The notes: generated by a model from the sequence alone, not told the origin. Shown: positions 10,906 through 24,439, counted from the first letter of the whole stretch. The stretch: 53,611 nucleotides of DNA, filler included, from Bipalium vagum (GCA_037834085.1; 3 parts of 3 records of this genome joined end to end with filler, not necessarily neighbours in it), one strand, 5' to 3'. Program-made: numbers and translations.

Positions 10906-13900
10906 CTTTTTTAAAATAAAATCTATTAATTTTTGAGATTCAGGTAAATTCGAATGAATATTAAACGAATTTAAAGGTAGTATTTAACACACGCATATAT
11001 ACACTTATTTATTTATAGAATCCTCTGAAATTTATTTAAGGAAGAAAAAAATCATTGTTATAAAATAGCTCTACTAACGGAAGCAGGCCAACCCATTTTC
11101 TTAAAATTGTTATTATATTTGCATGAAATCGATTAAAACAATTATTTTTTAAATAATAAGCAGCCTTTTACAAATTCACAACAAAATAATAATTAATTAA
11201 TATCCATAATTTCATTTGTCAATATGCTCCGATTTATTAAATAAATAAAATTTAAAATAAATTACTTAATTAGGCAAAGTAAATAATTCTAACCATTAAC
11301 AGTATTTAATGATTTTGTTATTTTTTAAGAATACAAAATAAAATCAAAGAATGACACTTTGGAAATAAATGGAAATGACTGTTCAGTCCGATATGTTCTT
11401 TAAGTTCAATTATATTTAAAGGATAATGTAAAATAATTCCATCCAAAAAAGATATATACTGGTCCGAAAATTATGAAGTAAAATAATCATAAGCTTTAAG
11501 CATTGTTCAATGGTCCACATATTCAACTGGATTATGAAATAAATCTGAAATGCAAAATTTCCAGAATTTAGCTTTAATTCTCAATTCAGGCTACCCTCTG
11601 AAGAGGATTTACGGAAGATCTGTGTAAATATATAATTACTGAAACAAAAATGATTTTCTAATTATCATAGATCAAATCACATTTTTAAACTTTTACTCTT
11701 TTGATTTTGCAATAAAGAAAAAATCTGGTTTACCTAAAGAAATTTCAGTTTTTGGCAAATTTTCATAAAAATAAAATGACGTCCTTTTCCTCGCCAATCT
11801 TAAATAATTATTAAATAATTTAGTTAAACGACAGTTTTTTTAAGACTAATTTTGTCAGATTTTTTACTAGACAGACTAATTCGATTTGATTCTGAATTTT
11901 TAAAAGTGGTACAACACAATACATAATAGTTTTCAAAAAATATCTAACATTCAACTTAAAATATGTTTTCCATAAAATATAAAGTATAGTTTTAGATTGG
12001 CACTTGATCTCATTTGGATGAAGAATTTTAACGAATTTAATTCCAGAAATATGCAGTATTTTTTAGACTTATTTTCAGGAGATATATAGTGATCGCACAG
12101 TGATCTATCGATCGCAATGAGTGATAATCAGTGGGAACTATGTTCGATGGAAACTATGTCCAATCAAAATTAAATATCGTCTGAATTATTTCTAAATCAA
12201 CGTGTAACTCAACACGTTAAATTTAGTTCATGTCATTGTTGGAAGACAAAATCATTATTTCAAGACATGTTAAACCGATTATAATGTACTTTTATTCATA
12301 TTACATTGCTTCATAAATTCACAAAAATAATCAGTTATAAATTTTTAATTTCCCTCCTTATTTGTTTCATGACCCCACTGACATTTTACCAGGCTGAATG
12401 GGATGTCAGTATCACGAGGTTAATCATACCAAGGGAATTTTTAATTTTAAAATCTTATTTATATTTATAATGTGTACTTGTCTAATATCTACTTTCGAAA
12501 GAGTATAATGTAATTATGTAAACTTTTAATAGTAATTTTAATACTTAAAATTTATTACGTCATGTCCTAATCGCTCACACACAACCAGAAAAAATATATA
12601 CCCACGATATTAGACAAGTACCTTATAATGTAGCGGTTTACTAATATTAGAATTTTTAAAAATAATAACTATAAAAATTCAATTAGAAGTACTATTTATT
12701 AAAATATTATCAAGTATTAAATATTATATATTAAATAATGTATTTTAAAATTGTGTATAATGTCTTAATGATATACAGAATGTAATAAATTAATAAAGGT
12801 AAAATTTTAAATTTTTAATGATATTTTTAAGCCTATGGTTTGATAAAAATTTTCTGAAAATTAAAAATATTTTAAAAATTTCTTGTCTTGATTATAAACC
12901 AATAGATAAAGCAGTCAAAAACTGATAATAAAATCAACGCTTAACTGGATTATTAAAACATCATTTACTTATTATATTTAACCCTTTAGAATATATTATT
13001 TTTTAATTCATAATATTATATAATATATAAAATATGTCTAATACTTTAGTGTTAAAAGAGTAACAATAAAGTAATGGGTGCGACAGTAATTTGGTGTTAA
13101 ATAAATAATTTTGTCATTTATAACACTTCGTTCATGAAAAAAAAATGTTTTCCATATCATATTATATTCATCATTCACAGTATTTGTCATTCTTAGAAAC
13201 CAAAAATTCCTTAATAAAAAGTTCATTTATTTTACATAAATATTTATTTAATTAATCTTATCAGCATAAAACACTTACTGTAGATTAACGGATCCAGCTA
13301 GGGAAAAAGTAGAGAAAAAAGATAAATTAATTCTTCAAGTTACAAAATAATTATGTCTAGCTCTCTAAAATAACTTTTGTGATTAGAAATTATATTTTCT
13401 TGATTAAATCCATCAAATTTGAAAAATTGTCACTTTTTATTAAATAATAAAGTCTCTTTCGGATAGAATATTTCTCAAATTCAAATTATATATTTATTTC
13501 ATTTAATATGTGATTTTCAATTAAGGTGAATTCCGAGAAATAAATTTGCATTTCGCACGAGATTCGGTAAAATATTGGAAAAAATTTAATTTATTTTTAT
13601 TAAATTACACTTTTCTTTTGTTACTCCGTTTTAACTGTTTTACTGAATAAAATTTGGAAATTTTATAAAAAATTTATCAAAAGGAAAACAGAACACTTAC
13701 AAGAAGTCTTTAAGATCTTCAAAGGAAAATTTTGAAAATTATGAAAAAACTATAACAAATAAATTGGGAGCAAAATATTTTCAAAAAATGATTACTGAAA
13801 AATTCAATCATATATTTCTACTTTACCATGTTTACCTCGTTCTCGTTCTAATCAAATGAAATTTCAGATTTGAATTCAGAATTATAATGCAAGATTGGCA

Positions 13901-14073
13901 TAAGTTGTTTTAGGAGCTAATAAGACATGGGCGGAAATTGTTCAGTTTTACAGTTGGCAATGTATTATCAGCCACTTGATGCTTAATTTTTAATTTTAGT
14001 AGAATTAAAATCTGATCTTATATTTCAGATGTAGTATGCAGGATCTGGTAATCAAAATGTGCTGTTGATTATA

Positions 14074-14912
14074 CAGGGTGTGTGTAAAGTAAGTATCCGA
14101 TTTTTGATCTCAATAAACTGTACATATTCAACTTATATTTTTCTAAAAGTAGAATTTCCCAAATTTAATGTAATTGTTTTAATAAGTCGATGCTATCGAA
14201 TCTAATTTCAGTAAATTCAAAATGTAAAAAAGTTCTCCATTAATAAAAAGTGCAAATTGTTTTGCTAGTAACTAAAATGAAATCAGTCATATTAGCCGGA
14301 CGGATTTGAACACTTGAAATGGAAAAAGATGCCAACAGCGAGGGCAATGAAAACGGTATTTGCAAAATCCAAAGAGACTGAAAGTGTTCATGATCTTTAA
14401 AAGTCTGGAAGACCATCAATTGAAGTTGAAAGAAAATGCAAAATAAGCCAAGTTTATGAAAAGGCACCCAAGACATTGATAAGAGCTGCTGCTAAGGAAG
14501 TTAGATGTAGTTTTAAATCTGTACGCATTGTAATATGAAAGGACCTGCAACTTTATATATACAAGATCAAAGTTATTCATGTCACATGACGAAGAATTGA
14601 CAGAATTGCAAAATGGAAAAACCTAATTGATGAATTCGATAATAATTCATCTTTTCTAACATCGCTTAATTTCTTCTTTTGGGGACACCTGAAGACAGGT
14701 ATATCAAAGAAAACCAAAATTTAATTAGAGGCAACTAGAATATCTCCAAAAAGTTGTGAACGACTTTCAAGTTTACATATGTTATTAAAGTTAAAGACTT
14801 CGGTAGAAAAATATTAAATTTTAAATAAATGTTGATGTCAAAAATTTGGAGTCTTATGTTAATTTTACGGTATTGCATATTAAAATCGGATATTTACTTT
14901 ATGCACACCCTA
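14074..14912 (+). mobile_element. Internally deleted Tc1-superfamily element (Tc3/DD37D-like, CAGGGTG ends)
   Basis: TA TSD. About 31-bp TIRs: cagggtgtgtgtaaagtaagtatccgatttt and aaaatcggatatttactttatgcacacccta. Residual motifs SGRPS, YKIKVI and LTSLNFFFWGHLK (SPDLxPLDFFxWGxLK). Confidence 0.85.
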
Positions 14913-16169
14913 TAGTTTACCATTTTAGGTGAGAGAAGTATGACATTATACATGAACTTGAACATGTCATTTTTGATAGATAAATTGTATAATATGCTTT
15001 ATCATTGCATAATTATAGTCACCATTTATATTTTGATTATTTTAATAGTGTACTCTGTGCTTTGAGAAACTTCACTAAAATTAAAAATCATTTACACAGA
15101 AAAATGAGACATGTTTTATAGATGGAGCCATAATCAGATCAAAGAATATTTGTATAAAACCCGAAAAATTTAAATAAATAAATAAACTTATTCATTAATA
15201 ATTATTTTGACCTCGAGAAAAGTTAATAAATCCATCAGGGAGAATTTTTCATAAGCGTAATTAATCATTAATTATAAAGTTCACCGGATTTACTCCCAAT
15301 TGCGCTTGATCATAAAAGGAAAACTGAGGATTTATCTGTCAAAAATAAACTGTCGACTCCAGTCTCGAAGCACATCTCTGACGAATGCCACAGACAGTGA
15401 ACTCAGATAATGTCTCCACCACAGTTTGATGAAGAAAATGAACAAAAGATGAGCACTGTACCTTCTTTGGCTCAAAAAATTTCCAAACTCTATATTAATT
15501 TTGACAACTCACCAGGCGTAGAATGGATGTAAGCCTAATTAATGGCTTTAATTCATTGTTTCATGCTTGTAAAAATTGCCTGTCAAATGTCATCATTTCA
15601 GATGGGAGTGATCCAAACTTGTCGAAAACAGTGTACTTTAAATAAGTGACACTTGCCAATTTGGTTGTCAAAAATATTCTACTTGGAATGTTCTAAGTTT
15701 CATTAGAATTATTGACGAGAAAATAATCATTATTTATTTATTTTTTACGGCAATAAAATCAAATATTTTGATAAAGTTTATTTTATTTATTTATTAATAT
15801 TTGAATTAAAACAATTTTTATTTTTTGAAGATCGCATTTTATTTCTTCTATTATTGGAAACGATATTTTATTATTAAAACTTTGCCATAACAAAATTCTG
15901 AATTAAAACTCAGAAAAAGATTTACGAATATTAAATATCATCAAATAGCATGTGGAAAAATATTAAATAATTTATTGATTAGAGAAACCCTTGCCAAATT
16001 TCAAATAGGCACGGAAAAAAATTTTTATTTATTCTCCGAATTTTTTATATGTCCAAGACGAAAAATGTCAATAGACCTTTTCTTAGGATTATATTATATT
16101 ATTATACAAGGTATGATCTATACATAAAATAATAATCTATATGTAAACGTAATATTTTAGATATAGAAA

Positions 16170-16403
16170 CTATGAATGACAAAGTCTATACTCGGAACAG
16201 CGATTTTATGAATTTAATCAGGGAAAATCCCCTATAGCTGCCTTTGGACGGATATGAGATTTTTTCCAAAAGTACTAGTAAAATTTTGACAGGAAATTTT
16301 CACGTGAAAGATCATGAATGTATCGCGGCTCCTCCAAAAATTAAAGTGGCCAATCTTCAAGCTCTCCGGACATAAAATGATTACAAACGCTACAGGAAAT
16401 TTC
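16170..16403 (+). mobile_element. Mos1-like (mauritiana-type) mariner 5' fragment running into the gap
   Basis: GNFHVKDHECIAAPPKIKVANLQAL resembles the Mos1 segment GDFDVDDKEHGKPPKRYEDAELQAL. Confidence 0.6.
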
Positions 16404-16503
16404 NNNNNNNNNNNNNNNNNNNNNNNNNNNNNNNNNNNNNNNNNNNNTTAATTAATTAANNNNNNNNNNNNNNNNNNNNNNNNNNNNNNNNNNNNNNNNN
16501 NNN
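16404..16503. other. Artificial scaffold linker (44N + TTAATTAATTAA + 44N)
   Basis: Exactly 100 nt. The central 12-mer has stops in all six frames. Identical to the second gap. Confidence 0.97.
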
Positions 16504-17559
16504 TCTGCCCGTTGTTGCATATTATAACGATCCATATTTAATTTTCAAATGTTTAGCTAGGATAATGTCAAATATTAATTTAAACAAAAACTACTTAGTA
16601 TTTAATATGTTAAAAGTAGTAAAGCTTCTTTTGGAAGACCCTGTATAAATTAAAACTTTTTCCATGTTAAAATAAATAAATAAATATTTCTTATAACATA
16701 ATACTCATATCTTCTTAATGACTTTTGTCTTTATAAATTATATATGGCGTTTTAGGTTATAAACAGTTAATTCCTATTTGTGAAAAATTCAGAAGGTTTT
16801 TCAAACAGATCTACAGATATTAACGTAAAACTGTGTTATAATTGTTAAACACAAAAATAAACCAAATAATACATTAAACAAAATATTAATTTATCCAATA
16901 TAGTGCTCTTTTCACGATACATTTTAATATACTTATAATTTTTATACTAAATTATAAGACACATTTTTATACCTCTGTCGTTTGTGAACTATAGTTTACA
17001 TAAACTCTGTACAGTTAGGATTGTTAAACATCCTTGTTGATGCACTAATTCTAAATTTGTTTGGAACTTAGAATAAAATGTTAATAACATTTGAATAATA
17101 AGTTATTCGTTATCTTTATTTAAACTTCAAATCATCTTTGAATTAAAAAATTATTTTAAAAAAGTAATATTTTTTCAAATCTCTTTAAAAATAAGTATAA
17201 ATAAATATTTGATATATTTTATAAGCACCAATAATAATTTTATATTTTAAAAAATTGAGATTAGCAAATAAATATTTTAAAAAATTAGTAAAATAATATT
17301 ATAGGTCATGTTTAATAATTTTATTGCCTAACTCAGCTGATTATATCAGTATCTTTATATTCGAAGTAGATTACTGTTTTAAGATTATCTTAGACGTGAT
17401 AAATTTTTAAAAAAATAAACTCTATTTCATATATTAAGCTGCCCTAAAAATTTTCTACCGTTTTCGTTTAACACGGTTTTAATTTGAATTACAAACAAAA
17501 TACTAAGTTAATTGAAAAGTTCGTGAAACGAAAATAAAATTTTGAAAAAACTGTAAAAA

Positions 17560-18580
17560 TCAAAATTTTGTCCCAAAACTCAATGCACTTGTTCCATTGA
17601 ATTTATAATTTATTTATCCCATTCCGAAAATTATTTTCTGGAAGTCCTTCAAGATACTTATTTACACCTGCTATAGCTTCATCATTTGATGAGAATCGCT
17701 TACCAAGTACAAAATTTTTAAATTTGAGGATAGATGGAATTAAGTGGTGCTCTGATGAATACGGCAGATGTTCCAGATAATTCATGTAATTCCTTCAATT
17801 TGACCATTACAAAAGGGCATTTTTGAGCTGATTTATTGTCTTGACAAAAAATGATTGTTTTATCCGGATCTTTTCTCAAGAATGTTAGCATGTCATTAAT
17901 TCAAAAGCGTGCATATTATATAATTTTAACGTTAGTCAAATAATATTCACCTTTTATTGTTTAACCTTTTTGAATATAATCAATTAACAAAATGTCTTGA
18001 ATCCCTAAAAACTTGTCAAAACCTTTTTCGACTATTTTAATCACTTCGGTTGTCTCGGAGCTGAACAACTTGGACTGAGTCCACTCTGCAGTTTCCTTTT
18101 TTCAATAAGGATCATAATAAATCCAGGTTTCATCAATTATTACAAAGTTTGGTTTAAAATCTGTTTTATTTTTAGAGAGCTAAATGTTGAATAGATAGTT
18201 CTTGTACAAAATTTAACAAAAACAGTACATATCTTGCATATGGTTTTCTAAATCACATTCCTTAGATTGTGAAAAACAAGTTCAGTTGAGATCTTCGTGG
18301 CCTCAGACTTGAATCAAAGTCAATGGATAATCATTCATCACTATATCTCGTATGAAATCCATCATTTGTTATGCTGTTGCACTCTTGTGTTGTCCAGAAC
18401 GAAAATCACCTTCAATGATTCATCATTCATTTGAACATCAGATCCAAATTGCAAACCATGAGTTTTAATTTTGCAGCATACAAACTAATACTTTACCATT
18501 TTATTATGAATTTGTATAGATTTCAATCTTTTTCACAAAAAATTTGATAACACCACAATGTTTAGTTTTTTCCATTCGAA
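17560..18580 (-). mobile_element. Decayed irritans-type (Himar1-like) mariner transposase
   Basis: FVIIDETWIYY, ILLIDYIQKG*TIKGEYY and LEHLPYSS...LGKRFSSNDEAIAGVNKYLEGLPENNFRNGINKL parallel the Himar1 motifs. Confidence 0.85.
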
Positions 18581-18823
18581 ATGGAGGTCAATTTTAAAAT
18601 GCATTAAATAAAAAATTGACCTTTTATGAATTTGTATTAATTTAGTTTAAAACTGCAAATAGTTTATAATTATAAAACTTGGATCAAAGTTGGTGCTTCA
18701 CAAATTTTTCAATTGGTCTAGTAGTTTGGGGAAAAATGTATAAATGTATTAGTAAGATTAAATCCTTGGAATAAATAATTATAAAAATTATATTATTATC
18801 ATTTGTTTATCCGAATTAAAAAA

Positions 18824-19260
18824 ATGTCGCAAAGAATTAAAAATAAAGAAATCCGGTTCGTTGTGAAATGTTTTTCTTGAAAGGGAAAAATACCCCTCGT
18901 GTCACCGTGTGATCTGATACCAAATCAGTACGCTATTGATTCGCACGAAAGATACACCTCCTTTTGGCCGACTAATCGCATATAAAGACGACTAAATCAT
19001 GACAATAATCAAACAAGACAATCACATAAGCAATTAAGATAATACTAATGATCTAGACTTTGTCAATAAACTGGTCTAGAAAAGCTTGGTTATAATAAAA
19101 AGCTTGATATTTTGGTGACTCAAATTATTTGAAAAGAATTTTATTCATTAAATTTTCTATATTTGTAAATCTTTATTGAAAAGAAATAAAATTGAATGAT
19201 TTCTTAAAAATATGATAAACGGAGATGAAAAATATATTATGTATGGCAATAATGTTGAAA
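18824..19260 (+). mobile_element. mariner 5' fragment
   Basis: KEIRFVVKCFFLKGKN...KSLLKRNKIE*FLKNMINGDEKYIMYGNN (LLKRN..DPFLKRMVTGDEKWI motif). Confidence 0.8.
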
Positions 19261-19310
19261 TTCTAAAAATTAAGGTTCAAAAATTAATATTATTATATAA
19301 TTGTAACTTC

Positions 19311-20419
19311 TCAAGAATAAAATAAAAACAAAGTATTTTTTCTTATAATGTCTAAAATCCTCATCTCAGCCAATTCTTCATCCTACAAAGTGTTCAAATA
19401 GTTGATCCAAAAACAATTTATTTTTTCAGTTAATTTAATACGGAAAATCTCACCATCACAGTATAGATAAAAGAATTGAATTTCGTGTCTGATAACAACA
19501 AATCAACAATATTATCCAATTCTTCAGGAACATCCACAATAGACTTCCTATGTCACTGAAGGTTTAAATGTTACAAATTACTCACAACTTACAATTTTTC
19601 GGTATTCGTCTCATTGACCTCTGGATCTAAACATATTCAATATATTATATCGAAAATTGATAATCAATAAGAACTATTGAAAAATCAGAAAAAATAAATT
19701 TTAAACATTATTAATATTACAATTGCTCACGTCTAACGTTTTTATCAAAGTTCATTCGAACATCAAACTATCCAGATAAACTATTTCAGTATGAAAAACA
19801 CATTTGATTAGAAATTTAGCTTTAAAGTTTTAATACTTTATTTACTTTTATTAATACTTATTCGTATTTATGAACTGTCAATAAAAAAATTGCCTCCATG
19901 CCATAGTAAACACAAAGTGAATATTAATATACCTACCATTTGTATTTATCAAATCTAAAATGTAATTTGCCTTTTCATTCAAATTCTCATCTGTGTGTAT
20001 CACATTTTGCAAACCATTTTTAATTAATTCGAACATGGAAAATACTCTAAAACGAAATATCAAATATCTTTCAAATCGTTCAGCATTTAAAACTTTGCAT
20101 ATTTTGAATGTAAATCGTTCATACTGAGTGGCATAAACACGAGTTTCAAAAAATGTTTATTCTAGTAAAAGAAAATAAATCAATTTTAAATGAAAATATT
20201 TATTGATTTATCAACCTTTTGTTTGTGAATGTTAAAATAGCCAATGTCCTCTCGCATCCCATATTCGGCAGATATCAAGTTGAGTAATTTAGATTCAATT
20301 TTAATCTAATAAATAAGAATGTACATGTAAAAATTATGTTAAATCAATATAACTTTTCCTATAGGGATTTCGTTATTGTCTGGCAAAATTACTGTGCATT
20401 CTTTAACTTTTGATCTCAT
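19311..20419 (-). CDS. Putative multi-exon gene with mini-introns; N-terminus resembles a FERM F1 (ubiquitin-like) lobe
   Basis: Exons 20419-20354 (MRSKVKECTVILPDNNEIPIGK) and 20305-20216 (IKIESKLLNLISAEYGMREDIGYFNIHKQK) and the exon starting at 20161 splice in frame over GT-AG introns of 48 and 54 nt. A further 47-nt (or 26-nt) intron restores frame into VFSMFELIKNG. Later gtaagt/gtgaga donors and cag/tag acceptors lead to DEELAEMRILDIIRKNTLFLFYS*. Middle exons not fully resolved. Confidence 0.45.
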
Positions 20420-20869
20420 TTCGATTAGTTATGTTTCATTTTAAAAATATTTAATAATTACAAAGACCATGAAAGAACGAAAAACTTTGTTCAAACAAGG
20501 ATTACATGAGAAAACTCAATAAAATTTATATTAATTTTATCTTGTTAAAAAATATAAATCAATTTATATCTTTAGAATATTTTAATTAAAAATTTTGAGA
20601 ATTTATCAAAATATTTTATAAGAAAATTTTTAGAACATTTTTAAAAGTCTTAAACTTTAAGTGTAGAAAATTTTTTTAAACTTGTTCACATACATACATT
20701 CTTCTGAAAAAAAATCTGTAATATGCACAAAAATTGTTTAAAAAATTGAAAAAATTAAGATGTAATTATCTCTTCCTTAAAAATGTAATTATAAATAATG
20801 TTAAATTTCAAAGTACTTTAATTGTTTTTAATTAATAATTATTACTCATAAAATACTTATTTAAAATTA

Positions 20870-21310
20870 TTGGGTTCGCCACAGCCACGACCACAAAAGA
20901 CAAAAACAGAATTGGAATAATAAAATATTACTAATTTTAAAATGACTCTAATTAATAATATTAATAATTTTTCATAATATAAAAATATAAAAATATTAAA
21001 AATAATCTGATCTCGACTTCAAGATTATATCATGCTGCAGTTAATAACCATGGAGGTTATTTTAGTATTTACTGTTTTTAGAATAGTTCTTATCACAAAG
21101 ATATTGACCATAGACTGATTAATCTTTCTTCTTATACTAACCATCTACGGACTACCAGGAAAATAGTGAAGAGTATATTTTGTTATTTTAAATTATTTGT
21201 TGAAAGATTAAAGTCTCATATTATTCGGAAACAAGATTTAAATTGATGAAATTTTTATTATTATGCTTATGTCCATTTTTATGCGACAGGAGCCAACTGT
21301 GGCCTTACCT
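20870..21310 (+). mobile_element. Truncated LTR-like segment related to 29657-30579, interrupted by the gypsy 3' LTR
   Basis: Colinear anchors against the reverse complement of 30070-30525: gaccacaaaaga/gaccgcaaaaga, caagattatatca/caagattagatca, ggaggt, actgatta, and tgcgacaggagc (12/12). Confidence 0.6.
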
Positions 21311-21716
21311 TGTTAGAGTGTTCTTGATCGGGCTCATCGAGTGACCCTAGAACCCATAATCTTCTTGGATGTGAGATCTATACTTTGTTTGTTTTTCTTT
21401 TTTTAATAATGAAAGTTATATTCTTGTGGTCATTTGTAAATAAGAATTCAAAGTCGAAGCAATAAAAATATATATTTCATTAAATCCGATTAACCAAAAA
21501 AACTTTTCAAACTTGGACCTCACCTTTTATAAATATTAAATTATTTTTTTTAAAATTAACCAACATTTATTTAAAATATTTATTTAAAAATTTAAAAACG
21601 TAACATTATAATTTTTTAAAACTTTAAATAAAAAACATTTAATATTTGTTAATCTAGGCGTGAGATCCTTATTTAAAAAAATTCAAACAAACGAACTCTT
21701 TGAATAACTCCTTATA
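21311..21716 (-). mobile_element. 3' LTR of the Ty3/gypsy element
   Basis: Begins immediately after the polypurine tract with TATAAGGAGT and probably ends at ACTCTAACA (21311). A second partial copy lies at 3440-3747. Confidence 0.75.
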
Positions 21717-21730
21717 TTCCTCCCCCTCTC
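21717..21730 (-). promoter_or_regulatory. Polypurine tract (PPT)
   Basis: GAGAGGGGGAGGAA on the minus strand, between the integrase end and the LTR start. Confidence 0.85.
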
Positions 21731-24010
21731 ACGAATTTTTTTAACTTCTCAACGTTCTTCTCTAGAATTCTTCCATCTGTGTGTTCTATCAAATACCGTC
21801 TTCAATGTATTTTTCTTTGGATTCGATATGGACCTTCGTATCTTTGCTGGTCCTTGTTCCTCGTTTCCACTTTGACCAGGACTTCGTCATCGATTCCACT
21901 TCTGTTCTATCCATCTTCTCTTTCAACGGATACCGTCTTTCTCGGTCGATGCACCTGCCAAAAATAATTTCTGCGGAGCTCCTTCCTGTCGTCTTCTGCG
22001 TTTTTGCATTCAATGAGAACTCGACCTCTGGCAATAGTTCTTCCCAATCCTTCCTTCCTTGCTCCGCTCTGGCTGCATTCAGTCTCTCCCTAATAGTTCT
22101 AAATTGTCATTCAATCTGACCATTAGTGTTATGGTGGTATGGGCTTGAGAACCGCAGTTCCGAATTTATACTTTTCGCGAACTCTGTCATCAAATGTTTT
22201 TGCGCAAATCAGATTGATAGTCTTGGGACTAGCAAACTTGAAAATCCAACTTTTTTTATCACCTCTATAATTGTCTCTTCGTCCTGCCTTGCTACCGCAG
22301 TTAAACGGATATATTTCCTGTACTGATCTATTACGCCTAAGATGTACTTTTTCTTCCTCCTGGTTTCCGTTAATGGACCACAGATATCGACATAAATGTT
22401 CTCAAACATTTCAGATGTTTCCAATGTCACTGTGGTCTCTTTTGTCGCTGATGTAACCACTATGCTTCTGAGACGCTTCGTATCCTGACAATACCCTCCG
22501 TACTTTACTCCACAAACCCTTTATATCATGTCTTCCCTTCATATATTCCACGACCTTCTCAGTAGCTGTATGAGCCAACAATCTATGAACATGACATAAC
22601 AAGTTCTTTTCTGCATCTTTAGACTCTTCTGTGCCTATTGCATCCAACATCCTGACTTTCATCTTTCTCTTCTTCGCCTCCTCATGCGCTTATTGACAGT
22701 GATTACATGTTTCGCATCTTGGTCTAAATAACAAATCTGCGTTTGTATGTTTCGAACCCTTCATGTATTCGAACTTAATGTCAAGACTGCTCAAGTAATT
22801 AATCCAAGTTTGGAATTGCGACGTGATCGGCTTCTTCCTATTCATCAAGAAGGTAATTGCTTTATGGTCCGTTCTCAGTCTGAACCTCCTTCCGTATAAA
22901 TAATGATGAAAATGATTACAAAATTAATAAATGGACAGCAATTCCTTTCGATTAATACAGTAGCCAATTTCATGGCTGCTCATGACGTGAGAGCCATATG
23001 CTATCACTCGTTCCTTTCCATTTTCGTCCAGTTGAGACAGAACTGCTCCTATCGAATTAAAACTCGTATCTGTATCTAGAATACATTCCTTCTTAATATC
23101 GGGGAAGCACAATACGGGGCTTGATGTTAATGCTTTTTTCATTTCCTTTAACGTTTCTTCCATCTCATGTGTCCATATTAATTTTTTCTCACCCTTTCCA
23201 CACGCACTCCCCAAGGGCCTAGGTCTTTTCGAGTATTCTGTTATAAATCTTTTATAATAGTTACAGATCCCTAAGAAGCTTCTCAATCCTTTTACACATT
23301 TTGGCCTTTCGAAATTTTTAATCGCCTCCAACTTTGAAAGGTCTGTCTTTAACCCCTTTTTACTCACCACATGACCCAAGAACTTTATTTCCTCTTTCAG
23401 CAAATGACACTTTTCTAGATTTATCCATAGTCCAGCTTCGAGCACTCTTCTCAATACTTCGTTCAGAACCATAATGCTCACTTTCAGTCCTCGTAAACAC
23501 TAACATGTTATCCACATAGACCATTGCTCCTTTTATACCACCGACGACCTTCGTCATCATCTCCTGAAATGTGCCTGGAGCTGCCCCTATTCCAAAGGGC
23601 ATTATATTAAAACGATATTGTCCTTCCTTGGTAGAAAAAGCCGCCTTGATCTTGGATGTCTCCTTTAATTCCACTTGATAATAGGCATTACCTAAATCAA
23701 TAGAACTGAAATACTTTGTCTCAACAAAAGCATCCAACATTTTATCAACATTTGGCATCGGAAATGCCTGTCTTTCTGTCACTGCATTTAACTGCCGAAA
23801 ATCTAAACATATACGGATATCTTTCTTCTCCTTCTTACATACGTAAATCAACGGTGTATTCCAAGGTGAATTGCATTTCTTAATAATTCCATTGTCTTAT
23901 AGGTTCTTGACTGTCTCTTGTATCTTCTCCTCTAGGATCATCGGCTGTCTAAACGGCTTAAGATTAATCGGTTCTCCGTTTGTCCGGATATGATGTTTCG
24001 CTAGGTGAGT
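21731..24010 (-). mobile_element. Ty3/gypsy pol pseudogene (RT-RNaseH-integrase), 5'-truncated and frameshifted
   Basis: RT: IRICLDFRQLN, SIDLGNAYYQV, MPFGIGAAPGTFQ, YVDNML (decayed YxDD). RNase H: LDTDTSFNSIGAVLSQ, KELLSI. Integrase: HRLLAH, YVDICGPL, PYHHNTNGQIE. The order RT-RH-IN is gypsy type. Confidence 0.95.
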
Positions 24011-24439
24011 GCAGCAGTACAAGGGGAGACAAAAACCAAAGAAATCAACATCAGCGTAAGAAGCACAGGAATAAAAATTTCAGGAAAGCCTATGCGACTA
24101 GTGATCCAGTGTATTGGCATTCAATAAGACCGACATTGCACAGTTCAAAGTTATCTTTTTAGGCCCTAGAAATCGAAATTGGCATGGGTATAGAGTAGTA
24201 GAAATATTAATAATTTGGTTCAATACTAGTTACACTCTTGGGATTGTACATATAGATGAAGAAGAGCCATCATATACTCCGAATTGCGGATGGAAAGCAT
24301 TAACAGCACATAAGAGCTTTAGCACCGTCTTATGGGGAACTGTGAAAGACTGTCAATACGAGGATTTGGACAATTTAAAAGAAGAGGAGATTATTCTTGA
24401 AATAATCTCAAAATTAATCTTAAAATTCTAAAAATTTTA

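Noticed and set aside
11340-11640. Cadherin-like LDYE motif (also VGNVLSAT at about 13953)
   Set aside because: Short matches in stop-ridden frames; could be chance.
12086-12161. Short repeats (agtgat; aactatgt) suggestive of a CRISPR-like or iteron array
   Set aside because: Irregular spacing, few short units and a eukaryotic context.
12368-12430. Twister-ribozyme-like reading of the minus strand
   Set aside because: Lacks the conserved GCCGGUCCCAAGCCCGG core.
15400-15640. Possible BED zinc finger (SKLYINF...CKNC...GSDPNL)
   Set aside because: Motif halves are in different frames, the His ligands are missing and no hAT body follows.
16448-16459. TTAATTAATTAA palindrome repeated at both gaps
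   Set aside because: Assembly linker, not biological.
18950-18980. cttttggcc resembling the U2 snRNA 5' stem
   Set aside because: Lies within a mariner coding region and lacks the GTAGTA branch-pairing motif.
21779-22456. Plus-strand ORFs
   Set aside because: Antisense to the gypsy integrase.
24010-24431. Possible non-LTR RT fragment (NFRKAY)
   Set aside because: A single weak motif with no other RT domains.
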